Origin: a virus
Lineage: Duplodnaviria > Caudoviricetes
Direction: 5' to 3' (one strand)
Length of the DNA: 60,636 nucleotides
IMG/VR virus record: IMGVR_UViG_3300019768_000005
Coordinates: 1 to 60,636 of that record
Made by a program: the position numbers and the translations under genes
In this document: in pieces, positions 17,182 through 26,581 of the stretch
Layout: each line of letters opens with the position of its first letter
How positions within the stretch are numbered: position 1 is the first letter of the stretch
The notes under the pieces: model-generated
What the model was told of the DNA's origin: nothing
Database searches by the model: none
Seen by the model: the letters and a program-made list of their open reading frames with translations, nothing else

Positions 17182-17484
17182 ATGGTGGACAAAACAAACA
17201 GACAAAAATGCATAGAAATGTGGCAATGGATAGTCGACAACGAATCTGATAAAGAGGCTTGGGCGGACGAGCACCCGGAAGAGGCTAAAGTGATTGCAGA
17301 ATATGTATATTGCCACGCATGCCTTGAAGCAAAAAACTACTGCAATCATTGTCCGGTGTTGTGGGGTTGTGAAAACGCCTGTTGCAGTCAAGGCAGTCCA
17401 TATATGGCATGGCTTAATGATAGAACAAAAGAAAATGCCAAAGCGGTTTTGGATGTGATCGATAGAACTTGGGAGGAAAAATGA
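17182..17484 (+). CDS. Cys/Trp-rich hypothetical protein (paralog of 8640..8933)
   Basis: GGAGG RBS; sequence similarity to 8640..8933. Confidence 0.75.
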   Translation: MVDKTNRQKCIEMWQWIVDNESDKEAWADEHPEEAKVIAEYVYCHACLEAKNYCNHCPVLWGCENACCSQGSPYMAWLNDRTKENAKAVLDVIDRTWEEK

Positions 17485-18284
17485 AACCAGGAATATACAA
17501 AGATTTATCGAACAAAGATTACCACTTGGCGAAGGGGCTTAACGTATCAAAGCTTAAGACGTTTGATATTAGCCCGGGTCTGATTAAATGGGCCAATGAT
17601 TGCCCTGAATATCCTGAGAAAAAAAAAGTTTTTGATATAGGAAACGCTGCACATACTATGGTTCTTGAGCCATTGAAATTTAATGAACGATACGCGGTTG
17701 AACCTGCTGTTAATAAGCGGACTAATGCAGGCAAGTTCATTATCTATGATTTCCTTGCTGAGAATTCGAATAAGACCATTTTGACCGCAGCCGAACATAG
17801 ACAGATTGATCTTATGTCAAGGTCTGTCTATGCGCATCCTGACGCACGCAGGATTATTGAAAATCAGGTGGGTGCAGAAATATCCATTTTTGCCAAGGAC
17901 GAAGACGGGCAAATGATGAAGATCCGGTTAGATATGGAATCAAGGATAAATGGCAAGCGGATTGTACTTGACCTGAAAACAATTGATAAGATAGAAAACA
18001 TATCAAAAGCTATCAACGAACGCGGGTATAATATCCAAGAGGCGTTTTATAGAGAAGTATACAAAATGCACCATGGCGTTTATCCGGATTTTTTCCTATT
18101 TTGCTTTATTGGGAAAGCCGTAGAGTTGGGCAGGTATCCATGCCGAATTGGTGAGCTATGTCAGGCTGACAAGGATGATGGATACAGAAAAATGAACGCT
18201 TTGGTGAGTGAATATAAGTCGTGCAAGGCATCTGGTAACTGGCCGGGGATTCAGACTTTTTCGAGATATAAATGGGCTAAATAA
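17481..18284 (+). CDS. RecE/exonuclease VIII-like PD-(D/E)XK nuclease
   Basis: PGIY..LSN.DYH, GNAAH..LEP, KIRLD..DLKT, YNIQEAFY. Confidence 0.85.
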   Translation: MKPGIYKDLSNKDYHLAKGLNVSKLKTFDISPGLIKWANDCPEYPEKKKVFDIGNAAHTMVLEPLKFNERYAVEPAVNKRTNAGKFIIYDFLAENSNKTILTAAEHRQIDLMSRSVYAHPDARRIIENQVGAEISIFAKDEDGQMMKIRLDMESRINGKRIVLDLKTIDKIENISKAINERGYNIQEAFYREVYKMHHGVYPDFFLFCFIGKAVELGRYPCRIGELCQADKDDGYRKMNALVSEYKSCKASGNWPGIQTFSRYKWAK

Positions 18285-18298
18285 AGAAGGAAATTAAA

Positions 18299-18487
18299 AT
18301 GAGTGAACAAGACAGGAAGTCTATATTACTTAAAGCGGCATATGATATTTTAAAGAAATGCAACTCAGGGCCATATGTATAAAATGCGTTAGAAGTTACT
18401 GCTATCTGGGACGATGCCGAGTGCGATGGATATTGCCTAATGGAAGAGATAGCAGATGAACTTGATTTAATCGAAGGTAATTTTTAA
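18299..18487 (+). pseudogene. Hypothetical gene with in-frame TAA (18380-18382)
   Basis: AAGGA RBS; MSEQDRKSILLKAAYDILKKCNSGPYV*NALEVTAIWDDAECDGYCL.. Confidence 0.65.
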
Positions 18488-18507
18488 TAAGTCTAAACGG
18501 AGGTAGT

Positions 18508-19446
18508 ATGAAAAACGAAATCACAGCAATTGATCAAGTATCAAACGAAATTGACTATGTGGTAGAGCAATGTTTGCCAATAACAAATCAGCAGGCAGCC
18601 AACTTTTCGCAGGCCCTGGTATTGGCAAAGGGTGTAAAGCGTTTACGGGAGATATTCCAGACAAATAAAGATATCCAGGAAAACGTAATGGCTATGGTTA
18701 ATACAAACCTTGGATTTATGACAGACCGCACACCAGATGCAATAAGAAATAGCAAGAACAAGAAGAAGGAGCTTGTACCGTATACATACAGCGAAATATC
18801 AGAATGTTGTATTGAGGCAATGTTGAACGGATATCGTATAACAAACAACGAGTTTAACATCATTACAGGTAGGTTTTATGCTGCCAAGAATGGTAAACAC
18901 AGGAGGATAGTAGAAAATGAAAAAATTTCGAACTTCAAATTTAGCCACACGCCACCATTGTTTTGTACAGAAGAGCGCAAGGGGTACAACGGTATGGAAA
19001 CTGTACAGGTAGCAAAAGTGCAGTGCTTTGCATCATGGATGCAAGATGGAAATATAGTAATCTTGGGCGACGACAGAGACAAGCTTGTTTTTAAAATAAA
19101 AGTCAATTACGGCATGGGAGATGATGGAGTGGTTGGCAAGGCATTAAGCAAGCTTTTTACCAGGGTGCTGATGAGACTCGATGGAAATATCATCCCAGAA
19201 TCAACAGACATTGAACCATCAATTGATTTAAGCCCAGACCCAAACAAACTGCTTAATGGTCCCAAAATAGAATATAAGGATATCCAAGAAAACCCACTAC
19301 ACAAAACAGAAGCCTGGAAGAGGTACGCTGAATCCCGTGAAATTGACCCGGTGTTTGCGGCCACTATGCCGGAGCCTACAACAGAAAAGCAATGCGAGGA
19401 AGCAACAAAGGCCATCAACCAGAATATTGACAAGAATATTTCTTAA
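18508..19446 (+). CDS. Putative single-strand annealing/recombination protein
   Basis: Size and position after the RecE-like nuclease; family not recognised. Confidence 0.45.
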   Translation: MKNEITAIDQVSNEIDYVVEQCLPITNQQAANFSQALVLAKGVKRLREIFQTNKDIQENVMAMVNTNLGFMTDRTPDAIRNSKNKKKELVPYTYSEISECCIEAMLNGYRITNNEFNIITGRFYAAKNGKHRRIVENEKISNFKFSHTPPLFCTEERKGYNGMETVQVAKVQCFASWMQDGNIVILGDDRDKLVFKIKVNYGMGDDGVVGKALSKLFTRVLMRLDGNIIPESTDIEPSIDLSPDPNKLLNGPKIEYKDIQENPLHKTEAWKRYAESREIDPVFAATMPEPTTEKQCEEATKAINQNIDKNIS

Positions 19447-19490
19447 AACTTAGGCCAGGGACCGGTAGGTCCTGGCCGTAAAGGATAACA

Positions 19491-19655
19491 ATGGATTGGA
19501 ATAAGATCGGTGTGTTTATGGTTGCGTTGCAAATTGTTTGCACTCTTATTCTCGCAGGTGTTGCTGTTTTTTTGGAAGATGGGGTTTTAGGGTTAGTTCG
19601 TTATATATTCCTGCTGATATTGTTCTCTATTGGCTCTTATTTAATAACCACTTGA
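19491..19655 (+). CDS. Small membrane protein
   Basis: Hand translation; two hydrophobic helices; AAGGA RBS. Confidence 0.55.
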   Translation: MDWNKIGVFMVALQIVCTLILAGVAVFLEDGVLGLVRYIFLLILFSIGSYLITT

Positions 19656-19734
19656 CAATCAATACATATTGGCATACAAAGGAATAGAATTTAACCACAA
19701 CGGACGATAACTTTTATTTAACAAGGACAATCGA

Positions 19735-20967
19735 ATGAATGATTTAGTAACAACATCCACACAATTAAAGATTTATGACATCCAGGAATCAGTCCTTTCA
19801 GAATTCCGAGAAGCAGAGAAAATCAAGTGCGAAGATTCAGAAAGCCGGAAGATGCTTGGGAAATTCCGGGCTGATGCGAAGTCAATTAGGTCAAAAGTTG
19901 AAAAGGCAAGGTTAGCTAAAAACCGGGAACAGACGACATTAAACAACGATGCAGCAAAAGCTATAAACGACAGGCTCACTGCAAGCATTGACGCATATGA
20001 CGCCGAAATCAAACCCTATGATCAAATTGCTATCGACAAGGCTAACGAACGCAAACGGGAAGAAAAGAAGAGGATTGAGGCAATTGCAGAGCAACTTGAA
20101 AGCCTTACAAAGCTTTGTGCAACAGCTATGGAGTTTAACATTTCATCCGATCACATCCGTTTCCGAATTGAAATGATTTCAAACTTTGTTGTCGATGAAG
20201 AAACATTTCAGGATAGCTTTGGTCAGGCGGATATATTAAAGATATCAGGTTTGGCCCAGGCTAAGGCTGCGCTAGAATCAAGGATAAAATGGGAAGAACA
20301 GCAGGCCGAAAACGAACGCATCCGGATCGAGAATGAAGCAAAGGAGAAAGAGCTTGAGGATGAAAAAGAGAAAATCCGTATTGAGAATGAAAAAAGGCAG
20401 GCTGAACTTGACCGGATAGAAAAAGACCGTGAGGAAAAGGCCAGGTTTGCTCGCGAAGAATCAACCAGAAAAGAGGCAGAGGCAAAGGCAAAGGCAGATA
20501 AGGAATCGGCAGAGCTAAAGGCTAAGGAGGAAGCAATAAAGGCCCGTGAAGATGCAGTAAAAGAAAAAGAAAGGGCAGCTGCGGCCAAAGCAGAACTTGA
20601 AAAGAGAATTGCATGGGCAACGGAAATGTTTGAAGCAAAAGAAATTGAAATTGAAGAACGGCGTCAATCAGATTGGTGCGATGCCATAAAAGAAAACGAT
20701 ATCTTCGATGCTGCGTGGTCAATTGCAAAAGATATTGATTGTGAAATCAAGAAAGAAGCGCTCAAATCTGATGCTGAACGGGCCAAGATGGTTGCTGCTG
20801 ATAAAAAGATAATCCAGTCAGCCGTAACCAATATAGACACTTTGCTTTCAGGCGTTGTTCGGCCTAAATGCAACACCGATTATGCCGAAGCGATTATGCT
20901 TGAATTGCATGAGTCAATTAAGGTTGCTTTGGATGTCGCAGAAAAATCAGGAAATATCCTTGTTTAG
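19735..20967 (+). CDS. Long coiled-coil protein of the recombination module
   Basis: E/K/A/R-rich helical sequence. Confidence 0.7.
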   Translation: MNDLVTTSTQLKIYDIQESVLSEFREAEKIKCEDSESRKMLGKFRADAKSIRSKVEKARLAKNREQTTLNNDAAKAINDRLTASIDAYDAEIKPYDQIAIDKANERKREEKKRIEAIAEQLESLTKLCATAMEFNISSDHIRFRIEMISNFVVDEETFQDSFGQADILKISGLAQAKAALESRIKWEEQQAENERIRIENEAKEKELEDEKEKIRIENEKRQAELDRIEKDREEKARFAREESTRKEAEAKAKADKESAELKAKEEAIKAREDAVKEKERAAAAKAELEKRIAWATEMFEAKEIEIEERRQSDWCDAIKENDIFDAAWSIAKDIDCEIKKEALKSDAERAKMVAADKKIIQSAVTNIDTLLSGVVRPKCNTDYAEAIMLELHESIKVALDVAEKSGNILV

Positions 20968-21019
20968 CAAAACATGTTGGTTTTCTAACCGGATATCATA
21001 TTATTATTGAGAGGACTAT

Positions 21020-21265
21020 ATGAAATTATCAACAGATGAAATCAACCTTGTCAGACAGTGGTTCAATGCTGTCCAAGACCTCAACCCTAAATACATGCAA
21101 AAAGCAGATTATAAGTTATATCTAAAAGTGTTGGATGCTTACAAACAGCCTATCAATAAGGGAAATGCAACTGAACGCTACGGGGAGATTTGTGATTTAG
21201 ACTGTGAACATGTCTACCGTGGTAAATGTAGCTGGCGTGGTCTTTGTGGGCTTCGCGTCCGCTGA
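21020..21265 (+). CDS. Hypothetical protein
   Basis: GAGGA RBS. Confidence 0.6.
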   Translation: MKLSTDEINLVRQWFNAVQDLNPKYMQKADYKLYLKVLDAYKQPINKGNATERYGEICDLDCEHVYRGKCSWRGLCGLRVR

Positions 21266-21294
21266 TGTCCATATTCTTTTTCTTAGGAGCATAA

Positions 21295-21498
21295 ATGAGC
21301 ATTGTAAGAGATAATTTAATGACACGACCAGGATACTCCCCATACTGCGGAAATTCAACCGGGCATTGTCCGTTGCCCCGAACGCATTTCGAAGGTGAAC
21401 AATTCGTATGTAAACACTGTGGTTGGAGGTCTGAATTTCCGAAAGACTTTATTGATTGTTACAAACGGGAGTGGGGCTTTGAACACGAAAAAGAATAA
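21295..21498 (+). CDS. Small zinc-ribbon protein
   Basis: YSPYCG..C..CKHCGW. Confidence 0.7.
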   Translation: MSIVRDNLMTRPGYSPYCGNSTGHCPLPRTHFEGEQFVCKHCGWRSEFPKDFIDCYKREWGFEHEKE

Positions 21499-21587
21499 AA
21501 ACATACACACGTATATCGCTACTCTCAACGGTGATGTACGTCATTATCTATCGGACAAGCCGGTTAGCGAGCCGGGAAAGAGGAAAA

Positions 21588-21851
21588 ATGGAAAAGCTTG
21601 CAAAAATTTTTGAGACAGACAAAGTAGGACAAATCCTGGTGAAAGTTGATGCTGATGAAAACTCAAAGCCAGAAGTAAGATATTTCTTTTCTCCAAAAGA
21701 TATGGGTGTTTGCTCAATGGCTGTAACATTTGATGACTCTGATTCTGGATGGAATTCAGCAGATAAACTTTTTGATAAGACAAATGAAGAGCAAGCCTTA
21801 AAAGTTATATGTGAGATCATGGATAAGATCGCGGAGCAAATCAGCAAATAA
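21588..21851 (+). CDS. Hypothetical protein
   Basis: GAGGA RBS before MEKLAK. Confidence 0.65.
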   Translation: MEKLAKIFETDKVGQILVKVDADENSKPEVRYFFSPKDMGVCSMAVTFDDSDSGWNSADKLFDKTNEEQALKVICEIMDKIAEQISK

Positions 21852-21941
21852 CACAATTAACCAGGATATTGCTACGACCACCGGTTATCGTGGGCATTAA
21901 CCATCAAGCCCTTGGCAAGGCGTTAAACTGCCTGGAGAACC

Positions 21942-22151
21942 ATGAAAAACATGCTAAATTGCAGAATGCTGGCAGAAGCAACAGGCAGAACGCCTGCGTC
22001 TATCAAAAACATTGCATCTCAGATCCCAGGGTCGAATAAAGATTTGGGTATTTGGGTCTTCCCAGAATCGGCAATCAAATGGGTAAACGAACGTAAGTCT
22101 GGAGCTCCATGCGGTAAACGTAATGGTCGTTGGAATGGTGGGAATGGATGA
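21942..22151 (+). CDS. Small HTH (excisionase/AlpA-like) protein
   Basis: LAEATGRTPASIK..IPG..WVFP. Confidence 0.5.
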   Translation: MKNMLNCRMLAEATGRTPASIKNIASQIPGSNKDLGIWVFPESAIKWVNERKSGAPCGKRNGRWNGGNG

Positions 22152-22621
22152 TATTTATTCCTGGCAACGTCCCAAGTTCGAAAAACTCAAAAATCGCAAC
22201 AACCGTAGGTAACGGTGAAAGTTCAAAAACTGTTTTACTGCATTCAAAAACAGTTAAAAAATACCTGCGTAATCTTGGGATACAGAGGCTTTCATCAAAA
22301 ACAGGTATTACCGGATATGTCACAAGACCGAACATATTTAAACAGCACATAGATGGTTTTTTTGAAGGAGTAGAGTATCCTTGTGTGCTTGGGTTTAATT
22401 TTGTGAGGAATTCCTATCGCAAGTTTGATTTTATAAACGCCTGCCAGATTCTATGCGATCTTTTTGTTGCACACGGATACATAGAGGACGACGACATGAA
22501 ACACCTGATACCAATCCCGATGATGATTAACGGATCATATTATTCTGTTTGCAAGGAGAAACCTGGTGTTCACCTGGCAATTATAGAAAAACCGATCGAA
22601 CAAATTAACTATACGATATAA
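22148..22621 (+). CDS. RusA-like Holliday junction resolvase
   Basis: IPGNVPSSKNS, KFDFIN..DL..G.IEDDD. Confidence 0.7.
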   Translation: MIFIPGNVPSSKNSKIATTVGNGESSKTVLLHSKTVKKYLRNLGIQRLSSKTGITGYVTRPNIFKQHIDGFFEGVEYPCVLGFNFVRNSYRKFDFINACQILCDLFVAHGYIEDDDMKHLIPIPMMINGSYYSVCKEKPGVHLAIIEKPIEQINYTI

Positions 22622-22631
22622 GGACAAATAA

Positions 22632-23240
22632 ATGATGTCAAAAGACGCGAGAAGTTGCGAGACGTGCTGGAGAAACGATGGAACATGTAGTATGTGTGAT
22701 GGTTGTGACCGGCATTCTTTGTGGGAGCCTAAGTTGCGTTCGGCTGCCACCCCCGAGCCTATGTCTAAACCTGGAATTGATGACGTTTTGCCAGAGGTTA
22801 TAAAAGACCTTAACGCAAGGGACTCAATTGGTCGTGTAAAATACGGCACAACATTACAGACTCACAATGGTCGTGATGCCTTAAATGATGCGTACCAAGA
22901 AAGTCTTGATCAATCAATGTATCTAAAACAAGAAATTATGAATCGTGACGGGTCTTTTAAAGACAAAATCGCAGAATGGGCAAACGATCGCAACCTTTAC
23001 GATGTTGCAACGCCTTTTTCTCAAATGAAGAAACTTTTTGAAGAAACTATTGAATGGATCGCAGAGGTTGAATCAGGTAACCGTGAAGCTGAGATGATGG
23101 AAATGGGAGATATGAAGGTTGTCCTTCAAAATATGTGTAATTTTCGAGGTTATTCTCTGGATGAATGTGGGTGGATGGCGTATCGTAAAATTAAAGACCG
23201 CACTGGCCACACTGAGAACGGAACATTTGTGAAGGATTAA
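22632..23240 (+). CDS. MazG-like nucleotide pyrophosphohydrolase (two-domain fusion)
   Basis: R..G..KYGTTL..YQESLD domain; WA.DRNL..KLFEE..E..MGD..AY.KIKDRTG..NGTFVK. Confidence 0.75.
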   Translation: MMSKDARSCETCWRNDGTCSMCDGCDRHSLWEPKLRSAATPEPMSKPGIDDVLPEVIKDLNARDSIGRVKYGTTLQTHNGRDALNDAYQESLDQSMYLKQEIMNRDGSFKDKIAEWANDRNLYDVATPFSQMKKLFEETIEWIAEVESGNREAEMMEMGDMKVVLQNMCNFRGYSLDECGWMAYRKIKDRTGHTENGTFVKD

Positions 23241-23243
23241 CAG

Positions 23244-23420
23244 GTGAAACCAAAACACTGCAAAGGATGCGATTATCATAACAACGCCGGTCACGGCAAA
23301 GGGACAGCTCTTGGGATGTCAAGGTTTAACAATTGGTGTTGCTATTACGGTAAATTTGCCCCTGCTGTTGTCGGATGGTGCAAAAACAAAGGTGGACACT
23401 CTAAAAATGAGAGGAAATAA
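23244..23420 (+). CDS. Small Cys/His-rich protein
   Basis: Hand translation KPKHCKGCDYH..NNWCC. Confidence 0.5.
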   Translation: MKPKHCKGCDYHNNAGHGKGTALGMSRFNNWCCYYGKFAPAVVGWCKNKGGHSKNERK

Positions 23421-23920
23421 GAATGGAAATATTGGTTGTTGGTAAAGGGGCAATTACAACACATGGCGATATGATGGTTACATCGTCCGCTGATGCTTAT
23501 GTTGAGCTTTATTCAAAGGTTATATATGCAGCAATGGCAGGCAACTTGTCTATTGATTTTGTTGATTCTGATATATAGTTAATACAAAAAGAAAACCCGG
23601 AAGGCACTATGCCAACCGGGCTTTAAAAAAACTACAAAGGAAGAACGAATGAATTTAATTAATATCATTACGTTTTACTCTTTGTCAATAAAAAATATTG
23701 ATTTTAACCGAATTTAAATAAAACAGATAGGTGCTATGATATTATTCAGACAAGGCGGGATATACAATAATACGATTTGTGGAGTTAAATATATCAAAAT
23801 AGCAATAAGAAACCCATTCCCAGAAGGTTTTTTCTTTTATAGTAAATTCAGGAACAAGATTAAGACGGTCAGATTTTTTAATTGCCTTACTGTTATATGA
23901 ATAAAGGGAGATAATCCAAA

Positions 23921-24313
23921 ATGAAAGAACAATACGGATGCCAAGCACATTACTGCTATTTAACCGGACCGAGATCAGGGATGTGTACAAACAGCGGGTG
24001 TGCATGCCTTAAAAGCTTACCTACTGGGATCAGGCTTGCTATTGAGCGCAGGATACTTGGGCTTGAGGCTAATGTCAATAAATTGGAAGCTCAGGCCGAA
24101 AAGAATCAAAGAGAATATCAGAAATACGAATTCTGCAAGGCGGTTGATTGTGCTTCTTTGCTGTGCGATCAAAACGGAGTATATCATTGCATACGATCTA
24201 ACAAAATGTGCCAACATACGGCCAAAGAGATACACCACTGGCTGAAAGAAAACGGGTTTAAGATTGTTAAGGAAACTAATCATGAAAAACAAGCTCAGAG
24301 TACTTGTTGTTAA
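23921..24313 (+). CDS. Cys-rich hypothetical protein
   Basis: GGAG RBS. Confidence 0.6.
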   Translation: MKEQYGCQAHYCYLTGPRSGMCTNSGCACLKSLPTGIRLAIERRILGLEANVNKLEAQAEKNQREYQKYEFCKAVDCASLLCDQNGVYHCIRSNKMCQHTAKEIHHWLKENGFKIVKETNHEKQAQSTCC

Positions 24314-24542
24314 CGAAAAAACAGCATTGGATAGCATTCTGAGTGATGTTTTTACTTTCGGCTCTTTATTCGGAGGATTCTTTTTAAATCATTACTTTCT
24401 TGGCGGGTCTATTGTTTTGCATATCATGTTTGCTGTAATGTTTTTGATATTAATATCAAGCCATTATGGCAAAAAAATTAAAACAATGAACTGTGAAGAA
24501 GCATTAGAATATTTGAGTAGATTACGCGACAAAGAGAAATAA
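24282..24542 (+). CDS. Membrane protein
   Basis: Two hydrophobic helices. Confidence 0.6.
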   Translation: MKNKLRVLVVNEKTALDSILSDVFTFGSLFGGFFLNHYFLGGSIVLHIMFAVMFLILISSHYGKKIKTMNCEEALEYLSRLRDKEK

Positions 24543-24563
24543 TTCAACAATTGTTTTTGAATA

Positions 24564-24591
24564 AAGCCCCATGAAATAGCACATGGGGCTT
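24564..24591. terminator. Bidirectional terminator
   Basis: AAGCCCCATG...CATGGGGCTT between convergent arms. Confidence 0.75.
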
Positions 24592-24600
24592 ATATGAATT

Positions 24601-25101
24601 TTATTCATATCCGCGATTGTATTCTTCTGCAAGGAAATTGTTGTAATACGCCATGGCCCCGGGATCTGCGGCAAGTTTTGTAATTTCGCTGATAACGCCG
24701 TGAATCTCTGTAAATTCTTTCTGACATTTGTTTCTGACATAAACCATGTACTGCTTTGTTACCTCTGCGCCACGCTCTGCGGCTGCGGATATCATTGCGT
24801 CAAGATTGGCTAACATTTTTTTTTCTAAATCTACGATGATTTTTAAAGCTGCCGGGTTTGCCGGGCCATGGGTTGGTGCAGGTTGTGCAGAGTAAACCAC
24901 GCCATTTTTGTTTTCATTCTGGATGTAATCAGCGATACAGGCTGACAACTCATACCGTTCCATTTTTTCAGCACGCAAAAAGTCAGCTATGCCGTTATCA
25001 TTTGCCGCGATAAAATCCCTCATACAAGCCTTGTATTGCCCGCCAATCATGATAAGCGAGTTCATTACGGTGTTCAGGTCTTTTAGACATTCTGGGGTCA
25101 T
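24601..25101 (-). CDS. Ferritin-like protein with degenerate ferroxidase centre
   Basis: 166 aa with FtnA-like spacing (LN..N......Y, G.A.FL, LEK, Q, C-terminal G...YN..L); several metal ligands appear replaced. Confidence 0.6.
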   Translation of the reverse strand: MTPECLKDLNTVMNSLIMIGGQYKACMRDFIAANDNGIADFLRAEKMERYELSACIADYIQNENKNGVVYSAQPAPTHGPANPAALKIIVDLEKKMLANLDAMISAAAERGAEVTKQYMVYVRNKCQKEFTEIHGVISEITKLAADPGAMAYYNNFLAEEYNRGYE

Positions 25102-25469
25102 TATATTCTCCCTGTTTTTCTCTCTTCGGTTAGTTTTTTAACATAATCAGTTACAATTGCAGATTTTATAAATGCTTTTTTTGCACAAGCAGGGTTAGCA
25201 CAGACTGCGATGCCTTTTGGGGCAGTATCCTTATTGACCATAATTGAATCCAAGCCACAATTGGGGCACCTAAAAATAAAACCAGACCATTCGCCCATAC
25301 GGTTTGGTATCATGTAGATGTCAGTAACTGTTGTGATTGTCTCGCCAAAATTGTGCGGATCTTCTGTCTTGTCAGGAACTGAATGTACTGGGCAAGGGGC
25401 GGTCATAAACTTCCCGCATGTGCATCCCTCTATTTTTTCCGCAACTTCTGACTTTTCTTTTTCAGACAT
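25101..25469 (-). CDS. Cys-rich zinc-binding protein
   Basis: CTCG..CPVH, CPNCG and CANPAC. Confidence 0.65.
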   Translation of the reverse strand: MSEKEKSEVAEKIEGCTCGKFMTAPCPVHSVPDKTEDPHNFGETITTVTDIYMIPNRMGEWSGFIFRCPNCGLDSIMVNKDTAPKGIAVCANPACAKKAFIKSAIVTDYVKKLTEERKTGRI

Positions 25470-25487
25470 TTAAAAACCTTTTTTGAT

Positions 25488-25509
25488 GGCCCCCTTTTTA
25501 CGGGGGGCC
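25488..25509 (-). terminator. GC hairpin (terminator or processing site)
   Basis: GGCCCCC...GGGGGCC. Confidence 0.45.
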
Positions 25510-25543
25510 GATTTGACTTGATCCCTCAAGACCTTTGCCGTGG

Positions 25544-26437
25544 TTATTTTGCCTTTGCCTTAACGGCTTTTGCTGCCGCTTCTGGCTCTGGTTCCAGGAC
25601 AGGCTCCGGGCAAGCGCCGCATGTTCCACCAGCATTTAAAATGCCTGGGCAGGCGTTACGGCTTACGTTGATCGTGTTATCATTGAGGCACATGTCGATT
25701 TTTGTTCCCGGTTCGTCTCCGCAGCATCGTTCGTCGCAACCTCCGCATACAGCGCCTTGCGCTTTCATCGTTGATACGCAGCTTTTCGGAACTTCAATCG
25801 TCTGGTCCTCATAACACATGATCACTTCTTCACCGGTTTGGCCAGGGCAGTGGTCAGTTCAGGAGGGGCAAGGAGTAGAACATCCAGTAACACAACCACA
25901 TGCAATGCGTGTTTCAAGGGCAGTAATCATTGCGTTTTTCTCGCCGATCTCTTTGTTAGCATCGAGCTTGGCATCAATCGCGGATAGTCTGGCCTGGACT
26001 GAGCCGTTATCAACTGCCTGTTGTTTTGAAAGTTCGGCAAATTTTTCAATTGTTAAGATTTTTGCGTCACAGCAACACTTATCTGCAACTCTGGCGTTAT
26101 TTGCGATTTCACGCTCGATATCTCTCAGCCGGTCACCGTTTCTAAGTTCAGCCTGAAACTGACCGTCTTTGATTGAATCGAACCGAAGGATGTTTCTTGT
26201 TTCGGAATTCTGGTCGCTGATGCGGTCAAGGTTTGCACCAAGACCAGCCTCAAGGCAACGAGTCTCTGCTTTTGTTACTTCATTGTTGCGATTGATTCTA
26301 ACAGCGTTTGATCCCATATCGGCGAAAGGGGAACCATAGTAACCACCACCCCACTGACCGCCGCCACGACCACCAAAACCACCACCGCTCATTGCTGCTG
26401 TAAGTACCGCATCGCTTGTGCTAAAGCCATTATCCAT
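25544..26437 (-). CDS. Gly-rich/coiled-coil/Cys-rich protein, 297 aa if the TGA at 25859-25861 is read through; candidate selenoprotein (CxxU)
   Basis: ORFs 25859..26437 and 25544..25825 share a frame, linked by TGA plus 11 sense codons; CPS*TDHC aligns with the repeat CGGCDERC. Confidence 0.7.
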
Positions 26438-26474
26438 GTTTTTTGCTCCTTGTGTGATGGAGCATAAAAGAAAA

Positions 26475-26542
26475 GCCCCATCAAGTAAAATATACTCAAT
26501 GGGGCCATGTGGCGCAACTGAATGAAGTTAGGGCGGCAACTG
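26475..26542 (-). promoter_or_regulatory. Promoter overlapping a terminator hairpin, with a direct repeat
   Basis: TTGCGC-17-TATATT within a GCCCCAT..ATGGGGC hairpin; GCAACTG repeated 22 bp apart. Confidence 0.5.
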
Positions 26543-26581
26543 TTTAATATGCGGGCCTGTAAATAATTATATTATATACAG

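Noticed and set aside
21263-21286. UGA readthrough after ORF 21020..21265
   Set aside because: Only 6 more codons before a TAG and no hairpin; an ordinary stop.
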